IMG/VR virus record: IMGVR_UViG_2863283106_000001
Span: 48,519-112,518 of that record
DNA: 64,000 nucleotides
From: a virus
Taxonomy: Duplodnaviria; Caudoviricetes
Strand: one strand, 5' to 3'
Shown in pieces: positions 47,142 to 57,362 of this stretch (positions are counted from its first letter, which is position 1; the number at the start of each line of letters is the position of its first letter). The notes below the pieces were generated by a model. That model did not search any database, was not told the DNA's origin, and was given only the letters and a program-made list of their open reading frames with translations. The position numbers and the translations under genes are program-made.

Positions 47142-47693
47142 TCACGGCTCGTTGCGCTGGACCCACTGGGTGTCAAGCTCGAACAGGGCTGCGGCGAACG
47201 CGTCCGTGCCCGGGGTGGCGTCCAGGCGGGCGAGCTGCTCGCGGCCGCTGGGGACGGCGTGGGTGACTCCATCGGTGTCGGTGTAGGCGTACGCCTCGCG
47301 GGCCGCTACGGTCGCGCACAGCTCGGCGTACTCGATCTCTCCGCGGCACTCGTCCGGCACGCCGAGCGCGTCCGCCTGTCCGTCGACCCATCCGTCATGC
47401 CACGCGACCGTGCCCGGGTCGCTGCCGTCGCCGACGGCGTTCGAGTAGGTGGGGACCTTGCTGTCACCCAGGGCGGCCACGCCCGCCTTCCAGCCGGCGT
47501 TGTAGGCGGTCACCAGCGGCTCCTCGGTGGCCGTGGCGGAGACGCTGGGGCGGGGCGCGGGGGCCGCGGTGGTGTCGGTGCCCGGGGTGGCGCCCAGGGC
47601 GGCCGCGGTGCCCAGGATGACGGTCGCCAGTCCGGCGGTGATGATCGCGGCCGGGCGGGGCCGGCGGGTGAAGAAGCGGCGGACGTTGCGCAT
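47142..47693 (-). CDS. Secreted or membrane-anchored hypothetical protein
   Basis: Basic N-terminus + hydrophobic signal; leader hairpin 47723-47745. Confidence 0.7.
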   Translation of the reverse strand: MRNVRRFFTRRPRPAAIITAGLATVILGTAAALGATPGTDTTAAPAPRPSVSATATEEPLVTAYNAGWKAGVAALGDSKVPTYSNAVGDGSDPGTVAWHDGWVDGQADALGVPDECRGEIEYAELCATVAAREAYAYTDTDGVTHAVPSGREQLARLDATPGTDAFAAALFELDTQWVQRNEP

Positions 47694-47838
47694 CGGGGTG
47701 TTCCTTCGGTTCGTGGTGGTGGGGCCCCGGTTGCTCTCCGGGGCCGGTAGGGCGGTGCGCCCTGCGCCTACGCCGGGCGGGCCGGCGCGGGGGCGGGGCG
47801 CACCGCCCGCCGGGTGTGGCGGGCGGTGCGGTGCGGGG

Positions 47839-48744
47839 TCAGAGGGTGACGATCTCGTGGGGGAGTTCGTCGGCGGAGATGTCGCCGAGGGCGTGCAGTT
47901 CCGCGCTGTCGGCGTCGCCCAGCGTGATGCGGGTGATGACGTGGTCGTCGCGGGTGGTGAACGCGGCGGTGAAGTCCTTGAGCGCGAGCGTCTGCAGCGC
48001 GGTGCGGGCGGCGGAGGGGGTGGCGGCGTTCATGCGGACGGTGATCGTGCCCGGGGCGCTCAGGGTGACGGTGCCGGGCACCGTGTCGTCGTCGGCCAGT
48101 TCGGCGCTCTCCGCGTCGTCGACGGTGACGTACCCGATGACGTGTCCGTCGCAGGTGGGGATCTCGACGTCGAAGTCCTCGAACTCGATCTCCTCGAGCG
48201 CTTCGCGGGCGCCGTCGGCGTCGCCGGCGTTCATGCGGATGGTGACGGTGCCGTCGACGCTCAGGATGACCGGCGCGCCGTGGGTGGCGATGACGTACTT
48301 GACCTCGTCGGTCAGCGCGGTGTCCTCCATCCCTTCAAGGGTGGGGTTGGCCATGCCCTGCAGCGTCATCCAGGGCTCCGCGGCGCCGCGCATTTCGATG
48401 GTCTCGAGGAACAGGGGCGCGGCGGTCTCTGCGTCCAGGACGGCGCCGTCGGCGAGGTTCCAGGCGTAGCCCATGCCGTGCACGTCGTCGTAGTGGTCGT
48501 GCACGGAGACGGCGACCACGGCCGGCCGGTTGTCGGCGATCACGGCGGTGAGCGCCTGCAGGAAGGCGGAGACGTCGGCGGGGGCGAAGTCCATCTCTCC
48601 GGACTGGAACATGCCGCGCACGGACCAGGACTCGTCAGCGGTGCGGAGGCGGATGTACATCTTCGCGTCGTCTTCAAAGACGCTGTTGAAGGCGCCGGCG
48701 AAGAGGGAAGCGGCGCGGGCCGCGGGGGTGAGGGTGGCGTTCAT
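47839..48744 (-). CDS. Acidic hypothetical protein with internal duplication
   Basis: GTVTIRMNA..A..AR.AL repeated; leader hairpin 48771-48788. Confidence 0.75.
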   Translation of the reverse strand: MNATLTPAARAASLFAGAFNSVFEDDAKMYIRLRTADESWSVRGMFQSGEMDFAPADVSAFLQALTAVIADNRPAVVAVSVHDHYDDVHGMGYAWNLADGAVLDAETAAPLFLETIEMRGAAEPWMTLQGMANPTLEGMEDTALTDEVKYVIATHGAPVILSVDGTVTIRMNAGDADGAREALEEIEFEDFDVEIPTCDGHVIGYVTVDDAESAELADDDTVPGTVTLSAPGTITVRMNAATPSAARTALQTLALKDFTAAFTTRDDHVITRITLGDADSAELHALGDISADELPHEIVTL

Positions 48745-49019
48745 GGGGTGTTCCTTCCGTTCGTGGTGGGCCCCGGCGCTCTCCAGGGCGGCGGGGTGAA
48801 CCGCTGAGGAGAACAGTACACCCTCATGAATGTTGCGCAACCCCTGATCTCTCAACTCTCTAGAAAATGCAGGTGAAGACCGGAATTCCTCGAGTCATTC
48901 CGACCCCCGTGATTTATCTGGGTTGCATATTCTGCCGGTACGGCTGTACGGTCAGGGCACGCCACAACGGCGGGCCGGGGCGAGCATCCCCAGCCGGACC
49001 ACGAACCGAGGAGCACCCG
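48745..49019. promoter_or_regulatory. Divergent control region with two promoters and two leader hairpins
   Basis: Minus GGGTGTACTGTT (48811-48832); plus GATTTATCTGGGTTGCATATT (48911-48931); gene orientation switches here. Confidence 0.65.
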
Positions 49020-50963
49020 ATGATCACTGCCACCGAGCGCGCCGAAGCGATGGCGCTGCAGGTCTTCATCTCCGCCCGACTGCACAACGACCGCGTCATC
49101 ACGCACGACCTGGTCGACGCCGTCATGTCCCGCGACGCCCTCAAGGAGCAGGGCAAGGCCAACAAGGAGACGGTCCGCCGCATCATCCGCAAGCGCGCCG
49201 CCTCGGAGCGCTGCCGCGTCATCTTCACCGACGAAGAGCGCTACTGGGCGATCCGCGAGCAGCTCCACCACATGAGCCGCGACGAGGTGCAGGCACTGCG
49301 CGACAGCATCGCCGACGGCGGCCACGACGACCCCCGCGGCTGGGACCGCGTCCTGAACGACGCGATCAGCGTGCGTCTGTCCAACCGCCCCGCCCCCCGC
49401 CGGCTGGACCACGCCGAGCCGGTCACCATCCGCCTGTGGAAGCAGCCGCGCCACCTGATGCCGTTTCCCGAGGACGTCGTCGACGCCCCGCACACCCTCT
49501 ACATCGACGGAGTGCCGCGCCGCGAGGGCATCCCCGCCGCACGCATCCGCACCATCGTGAACAACCGCCGCTTTGCGGGCCGGCCCGTCGAGCAGGACGC
49601 CACCGGCGCCATCATCTGCGACACCCGCCGCTACGCCCCCCAGCGGGCCGCCGAGGAGGTCCCCACCGTCCGGGAGCAGCAGCGCGAGGCGCTCGCCCGT
49701 ATCCAGGCCAAGGCCGACGCCCAGCGTGCCGAGCACCGCGCCGAGATGGACGACCGGATCGCCGCCGAGCACCAGGAGCACGGCGCGCCCGCCCCGGCCG
49801 CCGTTCAGGCCCGCATCGACGCCCGCACCCCCGACCGGACGCCCGCGCGCCGTGTGCTGGAGGGCCTGGTCGTCACCCACGACGGCACGGCCACCGGCAG
49901 CACCCCGAGCAACGCCGCGCACCCCAACGTCGTGGCCGCCCGTGCCGCTCTCGACAACATGGCCGCCGCGACCATGACGGAGCACCACGACGTGACCGAG
50001 CCGACCGGCGACGAGGTGAACGTGCGCGGGTACCTGGTCCAGCCGCGGGAAGGTGACCGGGTCGCTGTCTACTGGCTCGAGGGCGGCCGGATCGTCCGGC
50101 ACGACGACCCCGCCTTCGGCCCGTCCCTGGACTGCCTCTCGTACCGGCTCGAGTGCCGCGGCTGGACCGTGGAGCCGATGCTTCGGTCGTCCCTGTGCGT
50201 GTTCGCCCACCGTCCCGCCGAGGAGCAGCGCCCGGCCGTCGAGGCGCACCAGGACGTCGCCGCCGGCGGGGTCGCCGCCGAAGTCGGCCGCCGCGTGCTT
50301 GCCGAAGCCGGAGAGAGCCCGGCCGACTCCGCAACCCTGTTCGTCGCGCTCGCCGCGTACGAGTCCACCGTCCAGGCGCGTCTCACCATCAACGACGAGA
50401 GCCTCACCCTGGTTGCCCGCCACCTGCTGGAGTTCTCGGCGGACCATGCGCAGCACGCCCAGATCATGGCCGCGTACCGGGCCGTCGATGACGCCCGGAG
50501 CGCCTTGGAGGACGCGACCGGCCTCACCGCCCGCGCCGAGGCCAGGAAGGCGGCCATTGCCGCTGTCGAGCAGGCCCGTACGGTCATCCTCTCCGTCGCC
50601 CCGCGCGCGCACCGGATGCACGGCACCGACATGCCCGCCACGGCACCCGACATCCGCGCGGCCGCCCTGGCGTACAACGCCGTTGAAAGCACGCGTGAGG
50701 AGCTGTCCGCCATCGTGACCGGCACCCCCAAGGTCCGCGTCCACTGCGCCAGCGACTCCGGTACCGGCTGGAGCATCACCGCCACCATCACGGCCGGGGT
50801 CGACACCCCCCAGGGGATGTTCATCCCTGCGCACCCGCCCCTCGTCGTGAAGTTCCCCCGCCGGGACGGACGGGAAGACGCGGCTGTCAACACCCACCGG
50901 GTTATCAGCTCCCGATTCCTCGTCGGTGTCCCCGTCGAGTACGTCACCGACCGCCGGCCCTGA
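49020..50963 (+). CDS. Large multidomain hypothetical protein
   Basis: RBS GAGGAG after leader; good high-GC codon pattern. Confidence 0.8.
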   Translation: MITATERAEAMALQVFISARLHNDRVITHDLVDAVMSRDALKEQGKANKETVRRIIRKRAASERCRVIFTDEERYWAIREQLHHMSRDEVQALRDSIADGGHDDPRGWDRVLNDAISVRLSNRPAPRRLDHAEPVTIRLWKQPRHLMPFPEDVVDAPHTLYIDGVPRREGIPAARIRTIVNNRRFAGRPVEQDATGAIICDTRRYAPQRAAEEVPTVREQQREALARIQAKADAQRAEHRAEMDDRIAAEHQEHGAPAPAAVQARIDARTPDRTPARRVLEGLVVTHDGTATGSTPSNAAHPNVVAARAALDNMAAATMTEHHDVTEPTGDEVNVRGYLVQPREGDRVAVYWLEGGRIVRHDDPAFGPSLDCLSYRLECRGWTVEPMLRSSLCVFAHRPAEEQRPAVEAHQDVAAGGVAAEVGRRVLAEAGESPADSATLFVALAAYESTVQARLTINDESLTLVARHLLEFSADHAQHAQIMAAYRAVDDARSALEDATGLTARAEARKAAIAAVEQARTVILSVAPRAHRMHGTDMPATAPDIRAAALAYNAVESTREELSAIVTGTPKVRVHCASDSGTGWSITATITAGVDTPQGMFIPAHPPLVVKFPRRDGREDAAVNTHRVISSRFLVGVPVEYVTDRRP

Positions 50964-51125
50964 CCACGACCCCGGGATGCCGCCCACCCGCCCCGGTGGG
51001 CGGCATCCCGGCGGCCCATACGCGCTCGCGCGCGTGTGGACGGTCCAGAAAGTCCAGAAACCCGTCTCTCCTGCCCTGTCGTTGCTCTCTTGCCCTCGGT
51101 GTCCGTCGGGGTGCTGTAGGGCGCT

Positions 51126-51491
51126 GTGAGGAAGGCTCAGCCGTTCATGCTCCCCTCTTGGATTCGCTCCCATCTCCCCGGCCCATCGCCGCAGTCGTTC
51201 GTGTCGTTCACGGATGAGGTGGCCCGCCTGTTGGGTCTGCCGCCGGCCCGTCCGTCGGACACGGTGCAGCGGGCCTATGACACCGACCGCGTATGGATGC
51301 TGTGGCGCACCACCCAGGGCGGGGCGACGCTCACCCTCGAGCGGCCGTACGCGGACCCGCGGGAGCGCCTGGTGCTCGTCGTCGAGTGGCACCAGCCGCC
51401 GGCCCCGGAGACGGTCGCCGCGATGGTCCGGGCGTACGAGGGGCGCGGCCGTGGCCGGTCCCGTCTCGCCCGGCTGTTCCGCAGCCACTGA
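51126..51491 (+). CDS. Hypothetical protein
   Basis: ORF with plausible composition. Confidence 0.5.
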   Translation: MRKAQPFMLPSWIRSHLPGPSPQSFVSFTDEVARLLGLPPARPSDTVQRAYDTDRVWMLWRTTQGGATLTLERPYADPRERLVLVVEWHQPPAPETVAAMVRAYEGRGRGRSRLARLFRSH

Positions 51492-51686
51492 CTCGGCCCC
51501 GCCGTGAGCGACTGGAACGGCAACCCCGGGTGAGCGTGTCCATCCGTCCCATGCGAGTCAAACGTGTCTCCATCTGCGGAAATCCTGGCCAGCCTCGCCG
51601 TTCTCCCCCTGGATATTCTCTAGGGTGTATCATTCCAAGCGTTGGCGGAGAGCGCCGCCGACGACCACGAAGAGAGGACCCCGCGC

Positions 51687-52706
51687 ATGAGCGCGCACGT
51701 CGAGATCCCCCGCCCGCACGAGACGGCCCCCGGCCGGTTCACCGCCGATCTGGCGTTCCCCGACCCGTCCAAGCGCAGGGCGCAGCAGCACCACGACGTC
51801 GCTTGGGCCCTGGCCCAGGTCCACGGCCTGGACGCGTCGACGCCGTACAAGGTCAACCGCCGCTGGTCCATCTACGAGGAGCAGTGGGGCAACGGGGAGC
51901 GGAACGGGTGGTTGGACATGCGCCGGCTGTGTGTCGACGGGCCCGCCCGGGAGCTCGCCCGGTACCTGGTCGCGCTGGAGCGGGTCCTGGACGAGGTGGA
52001 GGCCCTGGCGACGCGCGCGGTGCGTGTGTTCGGCCAGTGGAAGCGGTCCGTGGCCGCTGAGCCGCACCTGGCGTACGAGGACGCGTCCACGATGCGCACC
52101 CGGGTCCGGGAGTTCCGCGCGGGCGTCCTGCGGTCCCTGGTGGCCGGTCTGGGCGCCCCCCGGCCGGCCGCGGTCGAGCGGGACAGCTCCCGGCCGCTGT
52201 GGGAGCAGAGCCGGGCGGTCGCCGAGGAGGTGCGGGCCGCCGCGGGCGGGGTCGACCTCGAACGGGCCGACGACAGCGCGGTGACGGCCCTCATGGCGCG
52301 GATGGTGCCCGCAGCGGTCGCCGAGGCGGAGCGCCTGGCCGCCCTCGAGGCCGCCCGGGTGGAGGCGGAGCGCCTGGAGGCGGAGCGGGTGGAGCTGTTC
52401 CGGCAGGTCGACGCGGCGTGCGCGCGGGAGGCCGACGAGGCGGACGCCGAGCGGTACGCGCGGGACGGGCAGGGGGCGCTGTTCCCCGTGTCGGAGGCCC
52501 GGCCGGCGCTGGTGGTGCCCCCGCCCATGCCGGTGAAGCCGCGCCGCGCGCCCCGTAGGCGCGTGCCCGTGGCGGCCCGGTTCCCGGAGGGGACCACGAA
52601 CGTCGTGATCAGCCGAGAGCAGGTGGAGCACTTCAATCCGGGCATGGCGGCCGCCATCTGGCCGGAGGTGAGCGCGGACCGCCAGCGGTACGCCCCCGCG
52701 GCCTGA
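51687..52706 (+). CDS. Hypothetical protein with QGALF motif
   Basis: Promoter 51614-51635 and hairpin 51641-51662 upstream. Confidence 0.75.
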   Translation: MSAHVEIPRPHETAPGRFTADLAFPDPSKRRAQQHHDVAWALAQVHGLDASTPYKVNRRWSIYEEQWGNGERNGWLDMRRLCVDGPARELARYLVALERVLDEVEALATRAVRVFGQWKRSVAAEPHLAYEDASTMRTRVREFRAGVLRSLVAGLGAPRPAAVERDSSRPLWEQSRAVAEEVRAAAGGVDLERADDSAVTALMARMVPAAVAEAERLAALEAARVEAERLEAERVELFRQVDAACAREADEADAERYARDGQGALFPVSEARPALVVPPPMPVKPRRAPRRRVPVAARFPEGTTNVVISREQVEHFNPGMAAAIWPEVSADRQRYAPAA

Positions 52707-52808
52707 CAGCTCCCCGGGCACGTAGGGTCCCCAGGGCTCCTGGAATGTGCATCCATGGCGAATCGCTGGGGTGCTGTCTCCAGGATTTCCTGGGGAGTCC
52801 CTAGACGT

Positions 52809-52880
52809 GATTTACCTGGGTGTACTATTCTCTGTGTTGGCGGGAGAGCAACCCGCCACACCACGAAGGAGGAGCACCCC
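52809..52880 (+). promoter_or_regulatory. ATTTACCTGGGTGTACTATT promoter + AGAGCAA leader hairpin
   Basis: TGGCGGG-AGAGCAA-CCCGCCA then CCACGAAGGAGGAG. Confidence 0.78.
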
Positions 52881-53306
52881 GTGAACGCTGCCCCGACCAT
52901 CAAGGCCCTGGCCGAGCTCACCGAGCAGTACGGGCCGATGCGCACCGTCCTGCACCACCTGGGCCTTACCGACGTGCCCGCGGAGCAGGACCAGGCGTAC
53001 ATGTTCAACATCCTCAGCGGCGACGAGCTGCGCGAGTCGGTCATCAAGGCCGACGACGGCAGCGCGGACCTGGTCATCCGGTTCATCGAGTACATCGACC
53101 CGGTCACCCAGCGCCGCCGGTTCGCCGTCGACTACTGGTCCATCAACGCCTACTGGGCCACCGACCACGAGCACCGCGCCGTCGCCGAGAAGGCGTACGA
53201 GGACGCCGTGCGCACCGAGTTCGCCCGCCCGACGCTGCGCCTCTCCCGGGCGCGGTTCGAGCGGGGCCTGGCGAGCTTCTACGACCGCACCGACGTCCAG
53301 CCGTAG
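52881..53306 (+). CDS. Hypothetical protein
   Basis: GTG after GGAGGAG. Confidence 0.75.
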   Translation: MNAAPTIKALAELTEQYGPMRTVLHHLGLTDVPAEQDQAYMFNILSGDELRESVIKADDGSADLVIRFIEYIDPVTQRRRFAVDYWSINAYWATDHEHRAVAEKAYEDAVRTEFARPTLRLSRARFERGLASFYDRTDVQP

Positions 53307-53398
53307 CCCTTCCCCCCTCCCGCCGGGGCGCGACCGTACACGCCGCGCCCCGGCACCCTCCCCCAGCTCACCGCAACCTCTCGAGGAGACACCCCGCC

Positions 53399-54379
53399 AT
53401 GGCCACGAAGACCGGCATCGACACCGTCCCCACCGACTACCAGGCCCGCTTGTTGCTCGCCGCGCTCGCCGACCCCCAGCACCGCATCCCGTCCGATGCC
53501 AGGGGCCGCACGCTTGACATCATGCTGAGCCGCCAGTGGATCCGCCCCCGCCGGCTGACGTCGTCCCTGGCGTTCGTCAAGTCGGGTGTGCGCGACTGGG
53601 TCCTTACCCACCACGGCGTCAACGCCGCGAACAAGGTGAAGGCCGCCCAGGGCAGCGGGCCCGAGAAGCGCACACGGGTCGTCGACGTCGAGGGCATCGG
53701 CTGGACCTGCGAGAGGCCGGGGCGCAAGTGGACCGCGGAGTACGAGGGCGTGAAGTTCGAGCTCGAGCGCCGCACCCGCAACGTGGCCGACGGGTGCCCG
53801 GACACCGGTTGGTACCTGTACGGCGGTAGCCACTTCGGCGAATACATGGCCGCTGGCTTCAAGGAGGCCGCCACCGCGGCGTTCCCGTATGTCTGCCCGA
53901 AGGAAGGCCACCCGCAGCCGGCCGCCGAGGTGCAGGCGCTCGCCGAGCGGTTCCCGGCCGGTTCCCCGGCCATCTACGTGCCCGAGGGCTCCACGGAGCG
54001 GGACGTCGTCGTCGTGAACTCCGGGCCCGACCAGGACGGCACCGTCGAGGTGCTCAGCATGCAGCAGGGCGGCAAGGCGCTCCGTGTCCCGCTCGCCGCG
54101 CTGGAGGAACTGCCCGAGCTGCCCCCGGAGCCCGAGGGTGAGATCACCGACTGGTGGACGATCACGGACGCCCAGGGCGCGGAGCTCACCCGCGTACAGG
54201 CCGAGGACGACCCCCGGGCGCGGAAGGCAGCCATGCGGCACGCGGCGGTCGTCGCGGCGGTCCGCCGGGACAAGGGGTTCGCCGTGCGCCGTCTGCGCAC
54301 CTCGGAACTGTCCGTCCCCGTCGGAGAGCTGCGCGGAGTGCCCCGCTTCCCCCCGGCCCCGGCCGTCCAAAGCGTCTGA
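53399..54379 (+). CDS. Multidomain hypothetical protein
   Basis: RBS GAGGAG. Confidence 0.75.
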   Translation: MATKTGIDTVPTDYQARLLLAALADPQHRIPSDARGRTLDIMLSRQWIRPRRLTSSLAFVKSGVRDWVLTHHGVNAANKVKAAQGSGPEKRTRVVDVEGIGWTCERPGRKWTAEYEGVKFELERRTRNVADGCPDTGWYLYGGSHFGEYMAAGFKEAATAAFPYVCPKEGHPQPAAEVQALAERFPAGSPAIYVPEGSTERDVVVVNSGPDQDGTVEVLSMQQGGKALRVPLAALEELPELPPEPEGEITDWWTITDAQGAELTRVQAEDDPRARKAAMRHAAVVAAVRRDKGFAVRRLRTSELSVPVGELRGVPRFPPAPAVQSV

Positions 54380-54469
54380 CCGCCCCTCCGGCCGGGGCGC
54401 GTCCCCACCGCGCCCCGGGCCCGCATCCGCCCCTCTCCGCCCGCCCTACGCCCCCTTGAGGACCACGCC

Positions 54470-54913
54470 ATGCAGACCATCGCCCTGTTCGACTTCCCCG
54501 CCGCCCTGGCCCCCGTGCGGCCGCGCGTCCCGCTCGCGTTGGGAGAGATGCCCGTCTCGAGCGTTCCGGCCGCGTACGACCGTGGGCACCTCTACAGCCC
54601 GAAGGAGGGCACGGCCGAGCGGGTCGACCACCGGCCCGGCGACCGGTTCGCGCCGCTCCCGAAGGCCCCGCACGAGCCGAAGGCGTGGGGCACCTGGTGG
54701 AGGGCCGAGGCGAACGCGCCCACGCCGGATTACCTGGGGCTGGAGCCCGGCGACGTGATCACCCTCGTGGACGACGTCACCGCGACCGTCGTTTCCACCT
54801 GTCGGTTCGGCGCGGTCGTCCGGTACGAGGTGCCGCCGTCGCCGTGGGCCGCCGAGACGCACGTGGACATGTACGTGACCGCGCGAAACCAGTTCGGCCA
54901 CTGGTACCGCTGA
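54470..54913 (+). CDS. Hypothetical protein beginning MQTIALFD
   Basis: RBS GAGGA. Confidence 0.7.
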   Translation: MQTIALFDFPAALAPVRPRVPLALGEMPVSSVPAAYDRGHLYSPKEGTAERVDHRPGDRFAPLPKAPHEPKAWGTWWRAEANAPTPDYLGLEPGDVITLVDDVTATVVSTCRFGAVVRYEVPPSPWAAETHVDMYVTARNQFGHWYR

Positions 54914-54963
54914 CCGCCGCCCGCCCCTCCCTGTCCGCTCCACGCCCCTCGAGGACGCCCGCC

Positions 54964-56145
54964 ATGCAGACCGCCGCCTTGTTCGACCTTCCCGCCATCG
55001 AGACGCCCGCCCAGGGCCGCCCCACCTTGAAGGTGAAGGGCCGGTTCGCGCGCCGGTCCGCCCCTGTGGAACAGCTCGTCGTCCAGGCCGCGCCCGCGGC
55101 CGCCGCGCCGGCGAAGCCGAAGCGGAAGCGGTCCCCGCGCAAGGTGCACGCGTCCGTGCCCCTCGAGCCGTCGACAACCGTGCCGGATGAGCTGATCCGC
55201 AACGCCGACTGGGTTGTTATCTCGAGCTCGGGTGGTAAGGACTCGCAGGCGATGCTGTCGCACGTCGTCGAGCGTGCGCGGGCCCTGGGGATGCTGGGCA
55301 AGGTCGTCGTTGTTCATGCGGACCTGGGTCGGGTCGAGTGGGGCGGCACGCTCGAGCTGGCGGCCGCACAGGCGCGGCTCGCCGGGGTCCGCCGGTTCGA
55401 GGTGGTCCGGGCGCAGGGCGCCGATCTCCTCGACCGGGTCGAGATCAGGTACGGCAAGCTCAAGGCGAAGGCGGAACAGGAAGCCATCGAGCGGGGCGAG
55501 GACCCGGCCGCGGTGACGGTTCCGCCGGCGTGGCCGTCGAGTTCCGCGCGCTGGTGCACCCCAGACGCGAAGCGGGGCCCGATCCGGACTCTCTACACGC
55601 GGCTTGTCGCGGAGCTCGCGCACCTGGGCCGGCCCGTGCGGATCCTGGAGTGCATCGGGCAGCGGGCCGCGGAGAGCACTCAGCGGGCGAAGCTCGCCGA
55701 GGTGGAGATCAACCGCGGGGCGAGCAACGGCAAGCGACACGTCACCACGTGGCGGCCTATCCACGGCTGGAGTGACGCCGCCGTGTGGCAGGAGATCGGC
55801 CGGTCCGGTCTGCCGTACCACTCGGCTTATGACTGGGGAAATCGGCGTTTGAGCTGTGTGTTCTGTGTCCTTGGGTGCAACAGCGACTTGGTGAACGGTG
55901 CGCGCCGGATGCCGGAGCTCGCCGCGGCCTACGCTGCGACCGAAGTGAAGGTCGGGGCCGACTTCAAGAAGGGTTTGTCCATGCGGGAGATCATCCGCCG
56001 CGCCCAGGTCCTGGAGGCGGAGGAGGGGCCCGCCAAGTGGCCGCCGGCGGGGACGGAGCTGTCCAAGTACGTCGGCAAGCGCAAGACGGCCGCGTACCTC
56101 GCCCGCGTGGACGAGCTGCGCACGCGCTACGACCTCACCGCCTGA
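54964..56145 (+). CDS. Phosphoadenosine-phosphosulfate (PAPS) reductase-family protein
   Basis: PP-loop SSSGGKDS, RWCT...K..P, GQRAAES..RA, RPI..W, RLSCVFC. Confidence 0.85.
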   Translation: MQTAALFDLPAIETPAQGRPTLKVKGRFARRSAPVEQLVVQAAPAAAAPAKPKRKRSPRKVHASVPLEPSTTVPDELIRNADWVVISSSGGKDSQAMLSHVVERARALGMLGKVVVVHADLGRVEWGGTLELAAAQARLAGVRRFEVVRAQGADLLDRVEIRYGKLKAKAEQEAIERGEDPAAVTVPPAWPSSSARWCTPDAKRGPIRTLYTRLVAELAHLGRPVRILECIGQRAAESTQRAKLAEVEINRGASNGKRHVTTWRPIHGWSDAAVWQEIGRSGLPYHSAYDWGNRRLSCVFCVLGCNSDLVNGARRMPELAAAYAATEVKVGADFKKGLSMREIIRRAQVLEAEEGPAKWPPAGTELSKYVGKRKTAAYLARVDELRTRYDLTA

Positions 56146-56268
56146 TCTGCACCACGCCCGCGCTGGGCCCGTCCCGGCGCGGGCCGACGAGCCGCGCTTC
56201 GGCGCCCGCCTGTCAGTGACAGATGGCAGGCTGACCACCGTCCGACCCTCCCGAGAAGGACCCACACC

Positions 56269-56676
56269 ATGCCCTCGTTCGACACCCTCGCCCACGCCAA
56301 CGGACTACGGGAAGCGCTGGACCAGCTCGACGTCTGGTTGGCCCGCGAGCGGGAGACCGCGCTGGACGCCACGCTGCCCGTCGAGGAGCGGGTGAGCGCC
56401 GGTGTCGCGTACTCCGAGCTGGTGCACACCCTGCGCGTCCACCTGGGCGCCGCTCGGGACGCCCTGCCGGTCCTGGAGACCCGCCAGGCGTACAGCCCGG
56501 TTGCGGCCACCGGCCCGGAGCGGTCGCCGGAGGCCGCGCGGCTGTGGGCTGCGGCGGCCGCCGCGGAGTCGGCCGCCGCCGTCCTGAGCGCCGTACTGCA
56601 GATGCTGCCCCTCGACGGTGGCAGGGTCCGCGACCGGGCCGCGCTCGAGGACCCGCATATGGACCTGGGTGACTGA
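56269..56676 (+). CDS. Hypothetical helical protein
   Basis: RBS GAAGGA. Confidence 0.7.
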   Translation: MPSFDTLAHANGLREALDQLDVWLARERETALDATLPVEERVSAGVAYSELVHTLRVHLGAARDALPVLETRQAYSPVAATGPERSPEAARLWAAAAAAESAAAVLSAVLQMLPLDGGRVRDRAALEDPHMDLGD

Positions 56677-56699
56677 CCGGCCGGACGGGAGAGACGACG

Positions 56700-57284
56700 A
56701 TGCCCGAAGAACAGCGCCAGGGGCTCGAGGAGCAGCCGGAGGCGGTGCGCGCCCTGGTGGGCCGGACCATCACGGTGACGGAGGCCTTGACGGGGATTCC
56801 GAACAGCCGGCCCTACCTGCTCCGCGTGGAGGAAGCCAAGCTCACCACCGTGGAGGGCTCCGACACCGTATGGGCGACCGGTGACCGGCTGCGCATGGAC
56901 GGCACGCCTGCGCGCCGCAAGCGTGGGAACCGGTGCACGGTCGCGTTGCTGGGCGGGTGGACGGAGGTCCTCGGTTTGCCCGCGCTGCCGCCGCGCGAGT
57001 GGCGCATGCGGGCGGTGGGCCTCACGCAGTACGCCGAGCGGGCCCGCCGGTACATCGCCCTGACGGAGATTGACCAACTCGGCACTTACCGGCATGCCGT
57101 CGTCGGTCCGGACGGCGGCGAGGAGGTGATCCAGGTCCTCAGCGGGGACGAGGTGGTCGACCTGGTGGCCGATGTCCTACGGCACGACGGGGTGACGCTC
57201 GAGCGGCACCGGGACGATGTCACCCTGCGGCTGCGCTACGCCGACGGCCGGCCTGCGGTGTTTTTGGGCCCGGTGAACACGTAG
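56700..57284 (+). CDS. Hypothetical protein
   Basis: RBS GGAGAG. Confidence 0.7.
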   Translation: MPEEQRQGLEEQPEAVRALVGRTITVTEALTGIPNSRPYLLRVEEAKLTTVEGSDTVWATGDRLRMDGTPARRKRGNRCTVALLGGWTEVLGLPALPPREWRMRAVGLTQYAERARRYIALTEIDQLGTYRHAVVGPDGGEEVIQVLSGDEVVDLVADVLRHDGVTLERHRDDVTLRLRYADGRPAVFLGPVNT

Positions 57285-57362
57285 CCGAGCGGCCGGAGCG
57301 TGTGGCGGGGATCGTCCTGGTGGATGGTCCCCGCTTCTGTTTCTGCATTCCCCTACCCCAGA

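Noticed and set aside
48852-51488. 878-aa minus-strand ORF, and similar shadows (39367-41244, 10830-12713, 24883-26421, 54730-56295)
   Set aside because: Antisense to genes that have an RBS, leaders and recognisable motifs.
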